Origin: Amphiscolops sp. MND2022
Lineage: Eukaryota
NCBI GenBank assembly: GCA_964187785.1
Contig: OZ076409.1
Location: 61,382,001-61,446,000 of the forward strand
Direction of reading: 5' to 3'
DNA: 64,000 bases
A program made the position numbers and the translations under genes. Below, piece by piece: positions 59,346 through 64,000 of the stretch; position 1 is the first letter of the stretch; the number at the start of each line of letters is the position of its first letter. The notes under the pieces were generated by a model. The model was not told the DNA's origin. It saw nothing but the letters and a program-made list of their open reading frames with translations, and ran no database searches.

Positions 59346-62300
59346 TTCCCCCCTCCTCGGGATTGATATAAGCGATCTCAATTCTCGCCGGGTTTCTTGT
59401 TAGTTCCCGTCTTTGTTGTGTTCTTTGGGCTGCGGCGGGAGACGTTGGCTTTTCCGATGTTCTTTGACTTTGGATCTAAAGTCAAATTTTATTAGAAATA
59501 TTCTATTCCTCCCATTTTTACTACTCTTTTTGCAGATTTTATTCTATCTGATCTGCGAATCCCTTTTCTCCCACTTTGTTTTCTGTATTCTCCCCCCCGT
59601 CTAAATTAAGTTCTACTACACCTCTATTTGGGGACATGTGTATTTTTTGTGGCGATCCAGTTGGGGTGTTGTCGAAATCCTTAGCAGTACGCTTTGTTTT
59701 CTCCGTACTGCAGTCCACTGGTGGAGATATGGCGGGAGTTTCGTTATCTCGAGTCTCTTCTGTTGGTTTCACGGCATCGTCGTATTTAATTTCGGCCGTG
59801 ATGGTTAATTCCGGATCAATGTTTGCCGTGCTCGGTAATTCATCCGCGTGTGATGACTGGCTATCGGATATTACCGTGATGTCCGGTCGTGCTTCAGGCC
59901 TTTCAATTGGCATTGTGGGAATTGTTTTGTCTGCGCTCGTTGATTGTCCCTGTTGTTCGGAACGGATTCTTTTGTGTGTGTCACATAGATCATCATGGCT
60001 GAATCGGCCGCATCTGGTGCATCTGTTGGTGGGTTTCCTCGGCTCTTCTGTTTTCTTTGCTGGCTGAAATTTAAGGGGGTTAGATGCTAGTTTTTTGTGG
60101 ATAACTTTTCCATCGGTTATGTTATCGTATGTTTAGTCTCAATAGCTGCGGTTAAAATTTTATTGGTTTTGAACCTGCATTTCATAGCATTGGGCTTGGT
60201 TTCCTTTTAAAAAAATTGGTAACTTTCAAAATTGTCTCTTACCGATCTACCCCTCTTCCTTGATTCATTGAGGACCAAGTAGTCTGCAAGTTCCCCGTCG
60301 GAATCATGGACTGTAAAAACTTGTAGCTCCGCCGGTTGTGCTAAAATATAATTGGTTAATGTTTTCTTCCAGTCCGCTAAAAGGCAGGTGGGTTGTCCAA
60401 TCAGATTGGTGATCGGTGTGCGTGGTTTTCTTCCGTGATGTAATTTAAAGGGAATCATTTTCAGTGTGTTATGTGGTGTTTGTCTAATTGTTTTAATTGC
60501 CCTTGCGACGCTTTCTTCAAAAGTTAGGCCGTCTTCTAAATTGGCTCTTGTTGATGACTTAATTGTGCGTATTGTTCTCTCGACCAATCCGTTTCCCGTA
60601 TGTAAATTTGGGGTACATCTAATTTGTTTAATGTTTTCACCGTTGCAGTAACCTTTAAACTCGTTGCTTTTAAAACAGCTACCGTTGTCGGTGCGTATCG
60701 TTTTCGGTGTTCCATTGTCGGTGCAGTATTTTGTTAAAAATTTTATTACGGTCCGAGAGTCCGTATTTTTACAAATTTGTGCGGTTGGCCATTTGCTAAA
60801 ACGGTCGATGGCAACTAAAATGTAAATGTCTCCCCGCGATTTTGATTTGATTGGACCGGCGAAGTCCAATTGGATTTCTTGGCCGGGTTCGGTTAAAAGT
60901 TCGAGCCTATTTATTTCCGTTTGCGGTAATTGTGTTTTTAAATTCTTACCTGCTACTCGGCAACTGGGGCAGTTTTCCGCCTTTTCTCTAATGTCCCGGT
61001 GTAGTCCCGGCCACCAAAATGCTTCTGCTGATTTATCCATTTTGTTAATAGAGACATGGCCGCTGTGTAGCATGGCAATTATGGTTGACTGAATTGCTTC
61101 TGGGATGACGATTCTATCATTATAGAATAGTAGTCCAAATCTGGTCTCCAGGTGCTCACGGTGTGGTCGGTATGGGTAGAAGATACCGTCTCCTTTTCCA
61201 GCTTCCAGCGCGATGATTGCATCAAATATTTTAGCGTCTTGCGCAGTTTCCTCAACTAGTAGAGATAGATCCATGGAAAAGATTGATGCTCTCATGTTTT
61301 TTGAACTTTTTGAGGATGTTCGTTGGACACTTTTCGGTTTTTATATGGCTAATCTGGCTTTCGTTGTCTGACGAGGTATTTATCCAAGACTCGTGTAAGT
61401 TTTCATTAAATTCCCTGAGTGGGGTGGTCCCGAGTTTCTCGCAATGGTAAAAGAATCTATTGTAAATCAAGATGTTTAATTTCTCAATTTTTTTTCGATC
61501 TTGTTGCGAAGGACGATATTCCAATATCTGCTCGTTGTCCTTGCCTTTTCCCACAATTCTGGTTCGATTCGGTTGGAGAAGTTTAAATCGTTCAGTCCGT
61601 AGGCGGCTAGTTTCTGGGGAGTGTCCCCGTTTTTAAAGATAAACTGTAAATCGATTCCGTTTACTCTATCCATCTTTGACATTTTCGGTGCTTGCGAATC
61701 AAAGTTTGAATTGTTTGGTGAGTCAATATCTTTTTGCGGTGAGAAAGTTTGGATTGAATGTTCGCAGTTGTTTTGTTTGCGTACTTGCGTTCTGCGTTCT
61801 GATTGGTCGGAATTCTTTACCAGTGGTGGTCGCCGCATGTGTTGCGTAATACTGCCGTTCGTACGATTGAACTCGAATAGGCCGTATATCTGATTGATTA
61901 CGAATTCCTCTTCGGCTTCGCTTTCATCGCCTTCGTGTGGCGTTTCCGTTTCGTGTTCGTGTATGATCGGATGACGGCTTAAGTAATCTGTTAATGGAAT
62001 GTTTTTACCAGCGGTATATTGCACGTTGACATCGAAATGGCTCAAGCGGTCTAGCCACCGCGTTAATCTTGAGCTGTACTGTTTGTGCGCCCTGTTTCGT
62101 TTTAGCAGTGGTTGTAGTGCCTGGTGGTCGGTCAAGAGGTTTACTTTTTTTCCGTAAACGTAGTATCTAAAATATTCGAGGCCCCATAAGACGCCTAGTA
62201 ATTCAAGTTCATTTATGGCATATTTTCGTTCACATTCGGTGAGAAATCAGCTGGCAAACGCCACCGGCTAAAAAAGTTTCGTTTTCTTTCTGCCATAGGG

Positions 62301-64000
62301 TTGCCCCTAATCCGGTATTACAAGCGTCGGTGGTTATGAATTTATCTTTCTTTGGGTCGAAGTGTGCTAGACATGGTGTTTCGGTTATTTTCTTTTTTAG
62401 TTGTTCAAAATCATCGTTTATTTCTTTTGTCCATTCCCATTTTACGTCTTTCTTGAGTAGTTTTCTTATTCTATCGGTCTTTTTAGACAAGTTGTTCAGA
62501 AATTTTGATAAATGTTGTATCGAGCCCAGAAATGATTTTAGCTCTTTCGTGTTTGTGGGGGCTTTTAATTTTGTTATAGCCTCGGTTTTATCTTTAATTG
62601 GCTTTACCCCTTCTTCGTTTATCAAGTACCCCAACCAGGTTAGCTCTTTTTTGAACAGTTCTGTTTTTCTTTCACTCGCTCGGTAACCGGCTTCTTGCAA
62701 TTTTGTTAGAACTTCGCGTAGTTCCCGATCGTGTTCTTCTATTGTTCCGTTTGTGACGCAAATGATGTCATCTAACCATACCGGCGTTTTAAATTCTAGG
62801 ACCTTGTCTATATGTTCTTGAAATACCGTTGGTATGTCTGATAGGCCGTAGAATCCCTTCTTGAACCGGTAGTGTCCCATGAAATCGCCGCCAATAATGG
62901 AGACCACGCAATGTCTTGATGCTTCTGCGGATAGTTTGGCCTGTCCGTATGCATAATCTAAATCAATCTTGGACATCCAAATTTCGCCGTTATTTTGTGT
63001 ACTTTTTGCATAAATTTGACTGATTAGTTCCTCCATATTTGGCATTGTTGCTTTTCTTTTTTTGCAAGATTCGTTTAGTTTCCGAGAGTCTAGTGCATTT
63101 TTTACTGATTTGTCTTTTTTGATTGTTATAACGGATGGTGAGACAAAGCAGTTTTCAGTTGTTTTATCGGCTTTTTCCAAATGTCCTTTTTCGATTAATT
63201 TATCTAATTCTTTTTTCACAATTTTTTGAAAGTGTATTGGTACTGGTCTCCCCTTTTGTTGTATCGGTTTTGCGTCTTTTTTCAATTGAATGTCTATTGT
63301 TACGTTTTTTATGGTGTGATTGTTTTTTAAAAAGTTCTCGAAATCTTTAAAAATTTTCTCACCTTGTTCGTTTGTGGTTATGCTTCTGATGATGTTTGTT
63401 TCGCGGCTTCCTTGCAAACCGATTTCCAATTTATCTAGCCAATCCAATCCCAGCAGGGGTTGTGTATTCTTTTTCTCAGTTATTAGGATTGGCAACATCA
63501 CTTTTGTTTTCTCTGTTTTGACCTCAACTATTGCCTCGCCTTTGAATTCTATCGGGTTTTTGTTTACGTCCACGAAACACTTTGAAGTCGCTTTGAGTTG
63601 TTTTGGAGTGATAATTGGTGGGATAATCGATACTGGAGAGCCGGTGTCAATTATGAATTCAATTGGTTGTCCATCCACCAATAGGATGGCTTTGTAGAAG
63701 TCTACTCGATTTATGCCGTTGACGGACTGAATGTGGTCAATTTTTGGCCATGATTCCGTGTTGCTACCGGTATCTTCCTCTTGTATCCGGTTTACGGTTC
63801 TTGATCGGCAGACCTTTGCAAAGTGACCGGACTTTTTACAGTTGTTGCATTTCGCCTTCCGTGCTGGGCAGATGTGGTCGGGTGTCCAGCTGGATTTTCC
63901 GCAGAAGTGGCAATTTCGCTCCGTGTTTTTCTTTTTAGCCATGAACGTGGCCTTCTTCTTCGTTGCGGGTTTTGTGTATCCGACCTGTTCCTCGTCTGAT
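58631..64000 (-). mobile_element. Ty3/gypsy (Mag-like) LTR retrotransposon, frameshifted, truncated by the window end
   Basis: Tandem Cys-His knuckles, protease IDTGS, RT (KIDLDYAYGQ, WLDDI), RNase H (TTDAC, TDHQAL, DYLSR) and integrase (H..H, WWPG, CPSC, QLDFAGP, RTDNGS, NGLVER) in gypsy order, split across ORFs 62230-63942, 61476-62135, 61252-61554 and 60207-61295. Confidence 0.95.

Overview
This is eukaryotic (metazoan, invertebrate-like), AT-rich, repeat-dense genomic DNA with a 200-N scaffold gap at 53508-53707. One host gene can be fully reconstructed: a + strand TMEM63/OSCA (CSC1-family) channel with 14 phase-compatible GT-AG coding exons from 9851 to 40610. It encodes about 1446 aa, much longer than typical family members, and has a candidate 33-nt cassette microexon. 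Its introns and flanks hold many transposons: a decayed BEL/Pao LTR element, a deleted hAT element, hAT and Tc1/mariner MITEs, many DINE-1/HINE-like elements, a LINE RT fragment and two tandem arrays. A frameshifted Ty3/gypsy element occupies the right end. The standout is a young ~8.15 kb element (about 41686-49841, - strand) with ~1.66 kb near-identical direct repeats and a tRNA primer-binding site. It carries one intact 833-aa ORF, Gag(CCHC) - aspartic protease - TARG1/OARD1-type macrodomain, with no RT or integrase. It also has two divergent 100-aa orphan ORFs, and its outer ends look Helitron-like (A|TC...CTAG|T, no TSD) rather than LTR-like. All domain calls are from motif recognition by eye; no database searches were run.
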